Source: Pachysolen tannophilus NRRL Y-2460
Lineage: Eukaryota
DNA length: 64,000 bases
Assembly: GCA_001661245.1 (NCBI GenBank)
Contig: KV454012.1
Span: 526,147 to 590,146 of the forward strand
Direction: 5' to 3'
Shown: positions 1-11,065 of the stretch, piece after piece
Layout of the letters: each line of letters starts with the position of its first letter
Position numbering within the stretch: the first letter of the stretch is position 1
Made by a program: the position numbers and the translations under genes
Notes under the pieces: generated by a model
What the model saw: the letters and a program-made list of their open reading frames with translations, nothing else
What the model was told of the DNA's origin: nothing
The model's database searches: none

Positions 1-892
1 CCAAGCTTTTAGGCGGAAGAAAAATTCGCGCTCAAGTGCTTAATTTTTCGTTGAGTTAATGGGGTTTCTTCCTAAAATCAATAGATGCGATCCAAATTGC
101 GATCATTAAGTTTTGGCTAAATAATATCCATTTTTGTCCGATAATAGCAAAAAGGCGAAGGCCTTTAATCCCAACTTACTCAATTAAGAACAAAGCCATT
201 CCAAAACGAAAATAATACAAATAAAAAAATAAATAAATAAAAAAAAATCATTGGGTCTAACAACTTAGCCCCTGTTACTAGTTTAAAAAGTTTTGGATTG
301 AGAACTTAAGGAACTAAACTACAGTTTACAAGGACTCTTTTTTTTTTTCTTCACCAATAGCCAAAGTAGGAAGCAATCAAAAAAATTAGTTTTATTAGTT
401 TTATTTCCATCATCCCTAAATACAGCTGAGATGAAGATTTCAAATGGTCACTCGTTCACACAGTACATATCAGAAATTTTACAAGTAAATCAGCTAAGAC
501 AAAAAGTGACAATCATATTAATCCAAAGGCATTAAAAGAGGAAGAAGTATATTAATTCAGGATAAATTGGTCTGTATGCCATATAGTTTAGGGATTAATT
601 CCCCCAATGAAATAAATTAAATTTCCTCTTTCGGTATTCATGCAGAGCATCATTTAGGAAATGACATCCAAATTTGGAAATTTTATTTTTTTTTTTTTTT
701 TTTTCTTTTATTTTTTTTATTTTCATTTTCATTTTTAACAAGCATTAAAAAGTTTATTTTATTGATTTAACCTTTTTCTTTTTTTGTCTTGCTAGAAACG
801 TCTCATCACATCACCTTTAAGGTCTTGCTAAAAATAAAGTATTAGTCCTGCTGACTTGCTCAGAGGAGTAAGGTTGATACCTACTAGTGATT

Positions 893-3253
893 ATGACCAA
901 AATTAAAGAGAGTGCAAATGGGGGAGATTCATCAAGACTAGTTGACGGTTGCAGATACAGCAATAGTTGTAGTGAAATGCACAGTCGAAGAAAAAATAAT
1001 ATTTATAAGATAGTATTGCCGTTAATAATTCTTTTATTATTGGGTATACCCTTAACAATCAAGAGTCATCATTTGGTTGACGAAAAATTCAATGATAATA
1101 TTGTTATCAGTGATCATAACAATAATAATAATAATTTTAAGATAACTTATATACCAAAAAATGATGATGAAATAAGTGATTTGGAGAAATTAGGTTTAAC
1201 AGTAAAGCCTTCTGTTGAAATTGAGAATATTGATTTAAAAACTAAAAAAGTAATCCATGGTAGATTTTTACATATTACTGATATCCATCCTGATGAATAT
1301 TATAAAGTTGGTTCTGACTATGATGAAGCTTGTCATCAGTCTAAAAAAGGTAGTAAACACAAGCACCATAAGGCATCAAAATACGGCGATGCTATGAAAG
1401 GTTGTGATTCCCCACTTATCTTGATGGAAGATACACTAAAATGGATTTCAGATAATTTAAAGGATAAAATTGATTTTGTCGTATGGACAGGAGATAATAT
1501 GAGGCATGATAATGATAGAAATTATCCTCGTTTAGAAAAAGAAATTTTTACAATGAATGAAAAAGTTGCAGGCTTATTTGATGAAACTTTCAAAGATCTA
1601 GGAGAAAATAACACAGACCCAAGAGAACGGAGAATAAAAATCATTCCAAGTTTAGGAAATAATGATGTGTATCCTCATAATTTATTTGCTCCGGGTCCAA
1701 CTGTTCAAACAAGAGAAATGTGGAGGATTTGGAAAAATTATGTTCCTGCTGAACAATTACATGTCTTTGCCCGTGGTGCCTATTTTTTTTCTGAGGTGAT
1801 TCCAAACAAATTGGCAGTATTATCTATAAATACTTTGTACCTTTATCAAGCTAACCCAGTTGTTGATAATTGTGATAAGAAAAAACAACCAGGCTACAAA
1901 TTATTTGAGTGGCTTGGTGTAACTTTAAAAGAATTACGTTCAAGAGGAATGAAAGTTTGGCTTACTGGCCATGTTCCACCAAATCCTAAAAATTATGATA
2001 AGAGTTGTTTAAGGAAACATATAGTGTGGTTATACGAATATAGAGATATTATAATTGGTAGTTTATATGGACATATGAATATTGACCATTTTATTCCTTT
2101 AGATGCAGTCAAGGCTTATAAATCAATTAACAAAAAATTGAAAAAACTGGGTTTAAGTTATGATGCTTTTAATATTAATGAATTGAACATTGTAGAAGAA
2201 GAATTTGAAGTTGAATATAATGAAGAAGAGGAAATATTTGATGAGAATAATTTATCAGAATTTTTTCAAAATTATGATGATGACTTTGAAACTTTAGATG
2301 AATTGATTTCTACCTTTTTCAAAACTAAGGGTGACTTTGACAGTGATGATGAAAATAATGAAAATTTATTAGGTGCTTATGCAGCTTCTGAAGCACACTT
2401 GATGGGTGGTTCTCCTTCAGGCAAAGTTGACTATATGAATAGTATTAGAGATGTATTTTATTCCAGAGTCAAAGGTAAAAAAAAATCTGGAGTGTCTTCT
2501 GAAAGATATTCAATTGCTCATATAACTGCAAGTGTTGTACCGACTTTTAACCCTGGAATTAGAGTTTGGGAATATAATATTACTGAATTATATGAAAATG
2601 GTGAAGTTATACAGGCAAATCCTATGAAGCCATGGTCTGAATTTTTCCTGGATTTAGAAAAGGAATTATTTCCAATTGAGGAAGATTCTCTAATGGATCA
2701 AATTGGTAATTTTGCTACTGATAGTGGTTTAGATGATAATGACTACGAATCAGATTTCATGACCGAATCCAAATTGGTTGAGATTTTGAAAAAAGATAAA
2801 ACTTTTCCTCCGAAAATGCCATCTAATGCTAAATTAGGACCGGCTTATACTGGGCAATTATTTTCTCCTGTCAGATATGTTCAATACTTTGCCAATTTAA
2901 CGGCCATTAATGATAAAGAAATACCATTTGGTTACGACATTCAATATTATACGGATGACGATAATTATCAGTTAGATTCTTTGTTAGTTGATGATTGGGT
3001 TAAACTTTCCAGAAAGTTAGGAGCACCAATTAAAGAAGATAGAAAAGACAACAATAAAAATAAAAATAAAAAGAAAAATAAAAAGAAAAAGAAAAAATCC
3101 ACTAAGTTAACAAAGAGAGATGTGATTCTTCAAGATGATAAAATCGATATTGAGCAGTCGAAAAACCATAAAAAACTTGAAAATCTATGGAGAGAGTTTT
3201 TAGCTAGATCATTTATTTATACTGGGTATGAGAAGATGAAGAGTAAAGAATAA
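893..3253 (+). CDS. PPN1: Vacuolar endopolyphosphatase (calcineurin-like metallophosphoesterase, type II membrane protein)
   Basis: N-terminal TM (IVLPLIILLLLGIPL); motifs FLHITDIHPD, GCDSP, WTGDNMRHDND, SLGNNDV, GHVPP, YGHMNIDHF, SVVPTFNPG. First ATG is at 893 (the track starts at GTG 887). Confidence 0.92.
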   Translation: MTKIKESANGGDSSRLVDGCRYSNSCSEMHSRRKNNIYKIVLPLIILLLLGIPLTIKSHHLVDEKFNDNIVISDHNNNNNNFKITYIPKNDDEISDLEKLGLTVKPSVEIENIDLKTKKVIHGRFLHITDIHPDEYYKVGSDYDEACHQSKKGSKHKHHKASKYGDAMKGCDSPLILMEDTLKWISDNLKDKIDFVVWTGDNMRHDNDRNYPRLEKEIFTMNEKVAGLFDETFKDLGENNTDPRERRIKIIPSLGNNDVYPHNLFAPGPTVQTREMWRIWKNYVPAEQLHVFARGAYFFSEVIPNKLAVLSINTLYLYQANPVVDNCDKKKQPGYKLFEWLGVTLKELRSRGMKVWLTGHVPPNPKNYDKSCLRKHIVWLYEYRDIIIGSLYGHMNIDHFIPLDAVKAYKSINKKLKKLGLSYDAFNINELNIVEEEFEVEYNEEEEIFDENNLSEFFQNYDDDFETLDELISTFFKTKGDFDSDDENNENLLGAYAASEAHLMGGSPSGKVDYMNSIRDVFYSRVKGKKKSGVSSERYSIAHITASVVPTFNPGIRVWEYNITELYENGEVIQANPMKPWSEFFLDLEKELFPIEEDSLMDQIGNFATDSGLDDNDYESDFMTESKLVEILKKDKTFPPKMPSNAKLGPAYTGQLFSPVRYVQYFANLTAINDKEIPFGYDIQYYTDDDNYQLDSLLVDDWVKLSRKLGAPIKEDRKDNNKNKNKKKNKKKKKKSTKLTKRDVILQDDKIDIEQSKNHKKLENLWREFLARSFIYTGYEKMKSKE

Positions 3254-3918
3254 AAAAAGTTTTATTTGCATTTTATCTTATTTTAATTTATTTTTTTTGC
3301 ATTACTGGAAAGACCAGAATTTTATTTTATTTTTTTTTTTTTTTTGGTTTTATTCAAAACCCTCGATCTAAGAATGTACTCTTAAAACAAACACAATACC
3401 ATATAGACTTTTATTAAAATTAAAAAATTAGAAAATTAAAAAATTAAAAAATTAAGAACTTAAGACAAGTATTTTTTTGATCAAATTCTTTTATTATGTA
3501 GAATAAATGTATTATTATTCTGCTGCGGCTTCAACTACTATTGTTTTTGTTACACAAATGCAACTTTTTTAAATTTTAAAAATGTGTTTTGAGCCGCACG
3601 ATGACCAGAGTTCTTTTTATACCAAACAAATTTTAAGTAACGTTTCTGTCGTTGCACAAACAGAAACCTGTTAGGCAAAGAAGCTGTTGCTGTAGTGAGT
3701 TATTGAATTGTATTACGTCTAAATGCTGGTAACCAGATGGGTTTTCTTTTTCCTTCCTGTTGGATTCGACTCATTTCCGTACTATTAGTTAAAATGTATT
3801 TTTATAAAAACCCCTTTTTTAAATAAAGAGTTTTTGAATTAATTTTAAATGACTAGTATTATAGTATTAAGGTGAAATATAATAATTTCTGTTAAAGTGC
3901 AAAAGTTTTTTTTTTATA

Positions 3919-5933
3919 ATGGGTGTAATAAAGCTTATGCAATATGAAAAGGGAGAGCTTGTTCCTGAGACAAAAATCAAGAGTAAAGTTCATAATTTTA
4001 AAATAAGACGAGATGATGATGATGATAATGATGAAAATATGGTTTATGTTGATAATTTGGATACTGAAAGCATTTTTAATGACATAACTATATTTGAAGA
4101 TGATCGACTTATGAATACACTTTCGGCAATAAAGAGTTCTAGTGATACTAGTCCTATTGTGTTAAATGGTCTTCTTTTATTTGGATTGATGGTGATTATA
4201 ACAATTATACTTGGGACTTTATTATTTTGTATCAGGAAATATTTTTTCTTGAGAAATAGAGTAGAAAAGATAAGGTCAGCAACAAGTATGAAGGTGAATG
4301 ATGGAAATTGGTCACCTGGAAGTACCACAGTTATTAAGATTGAAGATGATCGTAAAATCATTACAGGATTACCTGATTCAATGAATCAAAATACAATTTA
4401 TCCTAGTTTAAGTCAGTTACATGAACTTAGTGAGAATTTCCCAATTCCGTCACAGTTTGATAATGAAGAATATAATTCTGGACAACCATATACTGGTACT
4501 GGTGGTCATGTACAACATCAACTTGAAAACAATTTACATTCACAACATGCTCCAAGATTAGGAAATGATGATTTGAACCCAGTTTCAGTTGAAAAATGTA
4601 AATCATTATTTAAAAAACTTGGTAAAAAAAATAAAAACCAGATGGAGAAGTATGGTAGTGCTGAGACACATCTGGATTTATTAGATCTACTGAATTTACT
4701 GAATTCACTGGATGCTCCAGCTAGACAATTACTTTCTTCACCTTTAGCAGCAGAGCCTTCTTTACTTCAAGTTGTGCAAAATGAAGATGATTCTTCTGGA
4801 TTGATGAAGGACGGTACATTAACAGAGTATTTGGAAAAAAATTTTGCAGTTGAAGATATTCCATTAAACAAGTTTCTTAAAAGAGGCAAATATATTTATA
4901 AAATTGAATTATTAGAAAAATTAAGAGATACAATGATTATTGCTAAGAATAATGAAAATAAAAGTAAATTTTTTTTAAATTTTGATGAAATTCAAACTGG
5001 AATTAATGGTGGTGATAAAGAAAAAATTTGTAAACAATTGAAAACATTTACATCTTTAGATATACCAGTTATGAAATTTCGTTCTTCTTGGAAAGCAGAA
5101 AGAGCAATAAATGAAATTAAGCAATATTTGATGAATGATAATTTAGCACATCAATATCCTAATGATCGAGCTACAAAGAAAATTTATATTATACGATTTT
5201 TATCAATTGCAGCAAATTCCATGGAATATGAGAATGCAAATATTTTTTTACCTACATTTGTACAATTAATTCATGAAATTGTTGAAGGTGGTTCTTTCAT
5301 AAGTTTTTTCAATGATATCAATATTAGTACTATAATTAAAAATTCCTTTTTTTGTATTATTATGGAATTCATTTATTCTCATTGGTATTTTCATGAAAGT
5401 AAAAATGATTATATAAATAAAAAATTTATACAATGGAAATGTGCTCCAATGATACAACAAAAATTTTATCTTTTCAAATATTTGATTAATTTATGTTTTG
5501 GATTTAATACAAATGTTAATAATAGTGAAACAAAGGAAAATTGTTTCCATAATTTACAAAAATTTTTAGTTTCTTTAAAATTAACTTATGATATAATACC
5601 GATTTTAAAAGAAGCTTCAAAGATTACTAATGATGAAAAATTAATTATACTTTTTGAATTTTTAAAGAAAAAATTTTTAAAAGAGAATATCAATATCAAA
5701 AATAATAAAAATAATAAAAATAATAAAAAAATAAAAATAATAATGAAAATAATGAACTTACAAATATGTCCCCTCCATCATCATCTTCATTTTACATAAA
5801 TTCTACCACAGCTGCTACAACAGAAACCGCAACGGCAACGGCAACCGCAATCGCAGCTACCCCACAAATGGCTACAGCTAATGCCAAGTCTACAAAATCC
5901 AATAATAGCATACCAGGCTCTTTTCGCGCTTGA
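3919..5933 (+). CDS. Unknown single-pass membrane protein; 3' end probably frameshifted at the A7 run 5725-5731 (track ORF ends at 5799)
   Basis: 626-aa ORF with one hydrophobic segment (IVLNGLLLFGLMVIITIILGTLLFCI) followed by basic residues. The -1 frame from about 5730 continues as NKNNNENNELTNMSPPSSSS...TAATTETATATAT...NSIPGSFRA to TGA at 5931-5933. Confidence 0.6.
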
Positions 5934-6302
5934 ATGGGGATTAATTAGGATCAGCTTATTATTTCATATGTCTATTTATATGTCCCATTTATATATGTCC
6001 CATTTGTACGTCCCATTCATGTACGAACCCCTCCTCCGGCTCCGGTGTTAAAGCCCCACATCGAGTACTTATTGAAATTTTTCACTTTTTCCAGAAAGTA
6101 TGGAAGAATGGAAATGATGGATGCATCAAGAGGCAGCAAAAAAAAAGACTGAAGGAATTGTTGTTTTACTTATAAAGCAGATGAAAGTAAAAAAAAAGGT
6201 TTGGATTGTTTTTTAATTTTTTTTTATATAGATGTAATTATTAATATATTTTGATATATAGAGATTGTAAGAGGTTTTTTCTTCTTTTTTAATGTTTTGG
6301 AA

Positions 6303-7222
6303 ATGAGTACTGAACCATTGGAGTTTGATTCTTCAATTGCATCAAAGAGTATTTTTACAATTGCCGGTATTAAAGTTTATATATATGGATTATCTGATTT
6401 ACCAAAATCAGATATTACAAAACCAAAAGATGTTGCAGTTTTTTATATATTACATGGGAGATTATCATCACATAAATTTTCAGAATCATATGCTTATAAG
6501 GTATTAACAAAATATAAAGAATTGAAAAAAAAAATACTTTACCGTTGATTGGTATTACGTTTGATTTAGCAAATCATGGTGAACGGGTAGTAGATCCAAA
6601 TAGAAATTTAAGTTGGAATAAAGGGAATATGACACATCTGATGGATATGTGTTCAATCATAGATAAAGCAGTACAAGATTGTATGATTTTAATTGATTAT
6701 TTACCAAGTTATTTCCAAGGTTATCAATTCCATAATATAATTTTGGGTACTTCATTAGGAGGCCATGCTTGTTATAGATTAGCTGCAAAGATTCCTCGTA
6801 AAATAGAAATGATAATACCTGTAATTGGTTGTACAGATTTATGCTCTTTGTTGATCAATAGAGTTAAAAATTTAAATGGTAAAGATTTACAATTAGGATT
6901 ACGTAAATTATCATATGAAGATTTAAAATTAACAAAAGAACAACAATTTTTATGGCCAGAATATTTCCATAATTATTTATCAAAACAAGATTATCAAGTT
7001 GCAGAAAATTTTCCTAATCATGTTAAAGTATTTGCAATATTTGGCTGTCTTGATACAATTGTTCCCCCAATTTTTTCTAAAGAATGGACACAAGATATGA
7101 TTGAAAGAAGATGTTATGACGATTCAATTAAAGTAGAATATTTCGAAAAAATAGGACATCAGCATACCCTGGAAATGTGCGATGCTTATTCCAAATGGTT
7201 GGTGGAAAATATAACTTATTAG
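6303..7222 (+). CDS. Alpha/beta-hydrolase-fold protein split across two frames at the A10 run 6525-6534
   Basis: The 5' ORF has the oxyanion-type motif ILHGR. The 3' ORF has TFDLANHGER, nucleophile elbow GTSLGGH, FGCLDTIVP (Asp) and IGHQ (His). Adding one A joins them as ...ELKKKNTLPLIGITFD. Confidence 0.8.
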
Positions 7223-7409
7223 TATAGGAAGGACATTATATATAAAGTTAGTTCAACAAATTAAAAATAAATTCAATATTAAGGAAATAGTAACTGATAT
7301 AAAATAAAAACCCACAAATATATATATATATATATTATTAAAAATAACAAAATGAACTAAAGAAGCATAAAAAACAGAAAACAAAAAACAAAAAAAGAAA
7401 AAGGCAAGT

Positions 7410-10232
7410 TTAAATAGGTGTATATTTTCTAATAATTCTTCTTGTCCCATCACCAACAATAACCACTTTATTTTCATTCTCTAATCTTCTCAAAGCATCA
7501 CTCAACTCTATATTTTCAATCTTATCTTGCGATTGTTCATTGATTTTTTTCATTAAATCGCTATAAGAAATGTTATCACTGGAATCGTTCTCAATAATAG
7601 AATAAACTTGTTTTGAAAGATCTTCTTTTAATTTTCTTTGAGCTGAAGATTGTCCCGTTTGAACCAAATCCATATCAATTCTTCCTGTGATAGGATCTGT
7701 AGCATAATCTTTTATAGCAGACTTCATTAATCTGACAGCTTCAACAACATCTTCTAATTCAACTCTTTCGGATAATCTCATCTTCGCATGCGCTTCAGAT
7801 AATCTTATCATAGATTCCAATTGTCTGGTTGTAGCTGTAATTCTCTTTTCTTGGGATCTCACATCTTCACCCAATCTTCTCATTTCCACATAGGATTTAA
7901 CTAATTCTTCTTTACCTTCAGGTGTCATGATTGGTTTATATTTCTCCTTAGCGTATTGAATATACAGAGTTAAAAATTCAATTGGTAATATTTCTGATTG
8001 TGAAACGTTTTCTGGTGTGTCTTCGAGGTACATGTTTGTAATATGTCTTGCCAATTGTCTATCAATTTTTTCATCAACTCTATCTAAGATTAAGTAGACT
8101 AAATCAAATCTGGATAATAAAGGCGGAGGAAGATCAATGTTAGCAGTAACAGGTAAATTTGGATCATATCTAGAGTTGATTGGATTAGCAGAAGCCAAAA
8201 TGGAAGTTCTTGCATTCAAAGTGGTAATAATACCAGCTTTGGCAATAGAAATAGTTTGTTGTTCCATGACTTCATGTAAAACCGATCTTGTAGCATCACT
8301 CATCTTATCGAATTCATCAATACAACATACACCACCATCAGATAAGACTAATGCACCACTTTCTAAGACCAATTGTCTGGAATCAATATCTCTAGTGACA
8401 TAGGCTGTCAAACCAACTGCAGAAGAACCTTTACCAGAAGTGTAAACACCTCTAGGAGCAATCTTATGAACATATTGTAATAATTGAGATTTTGAAGTAG
8501 ATGGATCACCGCATAACAAAACATTAATATCTCCTCTATATTTACCACCTTTCTTGAAGACTTTGTTAGTACCTCCAAATAATTGTAATAAGATACCCTT
8601 TTTAACATCATCCATTTCGTAAATTGATGGTGCAAGAGATCTTGCTAACAATTCATAAAGGTCTTCTCTTTGAGAAACTTCTTCTATTTTATTGATTTCT
8701 TCTTGAGTTATTTTTCTTACTTCTTCGGTTTCTTGACTACTATTGACATCAATAGTAGTCTCATCAACACCTAATTTTTTACTGTCAACTTTTCGGATAT
8801 GAACTATATCTAAATATGTCTTATATAAAGATTTTAAAGTTCTTTGCTTTGAATTCATTCTAACAGGTAATGATCTAAATATACCGCAAACTTCAATTCT
8901 ATCACCTGCTCTGCAACTATCTACCAATTCGTCATAAACACATAGGGAAACAGAATGAGGTGTTTGACCATCAGGGATCATATCTGGAGTTTCTTGTAAT
9001 TTAATAACTTGTTTATCAGCAAAAGAAGATCTATTATGGACTAATTGCATCGAATTTGGTTGTTTACAAACTTCTCTTGGACATTTTGTTGGTTCTTGAA
9101 TTACACCTCTATCAATTTCAACTACTGTTGTATGATCACAGACTGAACACTTGAAAAATGCAACTTTCATATCTGGTATGATAGGTGTGCTACGAATCAC
9201 CAAACCTTTAACTGAAACTAATTTATCAATATCATTTGGATTTAATTCTCTCATTCCTTTATGAGATTCAATATTGTAAGGTCTAATTTTATAAATATTG
9301 GTTTCAATTTCGTCCACGTTGTAATCTCCTTCAGGGTTATTATCAACAACTAGTGAAACCATACAATCTTTAATTGTTTGATCCATAATTGGAACAACTT
9401 CTTGAGGATAGTTTAATAATTGGTAATATAATTTTTTAGTAGAAGGATATGCTAATAAATTTTTGGCGTCAAGATTTAAATTAGTTATTCCTAATTCTCT
9501 CATTGAGTTTAATTGATCCACATAGTATAATTCATTATCAATGGGAGTATTATATTCTATTTGATCCAATATTTTCCTATATTTCATCTTAAATGACATT
9601 AAAAAAGTTCTAAAATTGTTTGAACATTCTTGAATAGAAACATTAGTACCCCAAATAACTCTTATAGGTTCATTTATCTCTGTAGCATCTGAATTCAAAG
9701 TACCTAAAGAAGATGATGTATTAGCAATATTTTCTCCTCTTGTTGCTCCCGCAGTTGAAGATGGAATATCTTCTGTGAAAAATCTTCTATTCATTGGCGA
9801 AGAATTAACATCGGAAGAATGAATATCTCCTCTCAGACGAGGACGACGATGTCTTCTAGTACGATCACTAGATGAAATATTTTGTCCCGATCCCAAAGAA
9901 CCAAAATCAGAAGAAGCATGGTTCGATGAGGAATAATGTAACGGAGAAGAAACATCACCTAACCTCTGTGATATATTTTGGACCCTACTTCTCTGTTGCA
10001 AACTTTGTCTTTGAGAAGCACTTGGTGTAAAAGGTTCATTATTCCCATTTCCCTGATTACTATCAGATGGAATTTGAGACGAACTTGAAGGGAAAAACAA
10101 TGGTGATGAAGGAACAGGTGCTGCTCCTTCATTTTGTGTTAACGAGTCATGTTGAGTAGTTTGTGGATTAGTATCATTAGAATCATTTTGCGTGTCTCGA
10201 ATCGGTGATGAGCCTCCATGAGGAAGAGACAT
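7410..10232 (-). CDS. MCM4: Replicative helicase subunit Mcm4 (Cdc54)
   Basis: S/P-rich N-terminal tail, IWGTNVSI, zinc finger CSVC...CPREVC, Walker A GDPSTSKSQ (Mcm4-type), CCIDEFDKM, arginine finger LLSRFD, ITATTRQLES. Confidence 0.97.
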   Translation of the reverse strand: MSLPHGGSSPIRDTQNDSNDTNPQTTQHDSLTQNEGAAPVPSSPLFFPSSSSQIPSDSNQGNGNNEPFTPSASQRQSLQQRSRVQNISQRLGDVSSPLHYSSSNHASSDFGSLGSGQNISSSDRTRRHRRPRLRGDIHSSDVNSSPMNRRFFTEDIPSSTAGATRGENIANTSSSLGTLNSDATEINEPIRVIWGTNVSIQECSNNFRTFLMSFKMKYRKILDQIEYNTPIDNELYYVDQLNSMRELGITNLNLDAKNLLAYPSTKKLYYQLLNYPQEVVPIMDQTIKDCMVSLVVDNNPEGDYNVDEIETNIYKIRPYNIESHKGMRELNPNDIDKLVSVKGLVIRSTPIIPDMKVAFFKCSVCDHTTVVEIDRGVIQEPTKCPREVCKQPNSMQLVHNRSSFADKQVIKLQETPDMIPDGQTPHSVSLCVYDELVDSCRAGDRIEVCGIFRSLPVRMNSKQRTLKSLYKTYLDIVHIRKVDSKKLGVDETTIDVNSSQETEEVRKITQEEINKIEEVSQREDLYELLARSLAPSIYEMDDVKKGILLQLFGGTNKVFKKGGKYRGDINVLLCGDPSTSKSQLLQYVHKIAPRGVYTSGKGSSAVGLTAYVTRDIDSRQLVLESGALVLSDGGVCCIDEFDKMSDATRSVLHEVMEQQTISIAKAGIITTLNARTSILASANPINSRYDPNLPVTANIDLPPPLLSRFDLVYLILDRVDEKIDRQLARHITNMYLEDTPENVSQSEILPIEFLTLYIQYAKEKYKPIMTPEGKEELVKSYVEMRRLGEDVRSQEKRITATTRQLESMIRLSEAHAKMRLSERVELEDVVEAVRLMKSAIKDYATDPITGRIDMDLVQTGQSSAQRKLKEDLSKQVYSIIENDSSDNISYSDLMKKINEQSQDKIENIELSDALRRLENENKVVIVGDGTRRIIRKYTPI

Positions 10233-10442
10233 TTTCTTGTTCTATTTCTTGATATTTATTGCGAAAAAAAAAAACCAATCAACTTTGAAAAAAGATAAAA
10301 ATTCTTGTCAATATTTCTTTAAACAGAATAAAAGCAAAAAAACAAAATACAAAAGAAAAGAGAAAAAAATTATAGAAAACAACAGTCAATATCAATAGTT
10401 TTATTTAAAACAAAACATAACTTGGATGAAAAGAAAACCGTT

Positions 10443-10478
10443 TAATTAAGAAAATTTCCCTTTTTGGAAAATTAATTG
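10443..10478. promoter_or_regulatory. ECB-like Mcm1 site flanked by Yox1/Yhp1-type YAATTA sites upstream of MCM4
   Basis: TTTCCCTTTTTGGAAA at 10455-10470, TAATTA at 10443-10448 and TAATTG at 10473-10478, about 220 bp upstream of the MCM4 ATG. Confidence 0.6.
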
Positions 10479-10520
10479 CAAACAAAGTGAAAAATTAAAA
10501 AAAAACTCTGCAAAAACAGG

Positions 10521-10531
10521 ACGCGACGCGT
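10521..10531. promoter_or_regulatory. Overlapping MCB (MBF) elements upstream of MCM4
   Basis: ACGCGACGCGT (ACGCGA plus ACGCGT) in AT-rich DNA about 290 bp upstream of a DNA replication gene. Confidence 0.6.
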
Positions 10532-10797
10532 CAAGGACAAAAAGATCTGAGAAAAAGTCATTTCTGGTTTGACAGAATTTTTCAGCTAGCGTTATTTTTG
10601 AGTGATATTAAGGATAGCTATTATATGAGTACGTACATACCAATGAGTGATTCATTTTCCAATAAGAAAATTCCAACTCTTTTGATACCAAAGTTTTGCA
10701 AAAAAAACAAAGCAGGTGAAGCAAGTGAAACTAATGACGCTAAAATTAGGTATCTCTGGCTCATATTGAACCATAGCTCGCAAAGATTTAACAACAA

Positions 10798-10869
10798 TCC
10801 GATGTAGTGTAACGGCTAGCACCGTCCGCTTTCACCGGGCAAACCCGGGTTCGACTCCCGGCATCGGAA
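10798..10869 (+). tRNA. tRNA-Glu (anticodon TTC), intronless
   Basis: Acceptor TCCGATG/CATCGGA; D stem GTGT/GCAC; anticodon stem GTCCG/CGGGC with loop CT-TTC-AC; T arm CCGGG-TTCGACT-CCCGG; T-run Pol III terminator at about 10877-10884. Confidence 0.96.
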
Positions 10870-11065
10870 AATTTAATTTTTTTTAATTTTTATTTTTATC
10901 TTATGCTCGAATCTTTAAAAACTCGATGTTATTATGGTATGGTATATTGCCTATGCTACGTGCTTAATCTAAAAAATGGATTATATAAGGATATATATAT
11001 ATGTATGCGTAAAAGCTCTAAATAAGATTAAACCAGTTCAAATGGAATGTAAGCCAACTGTTCAA

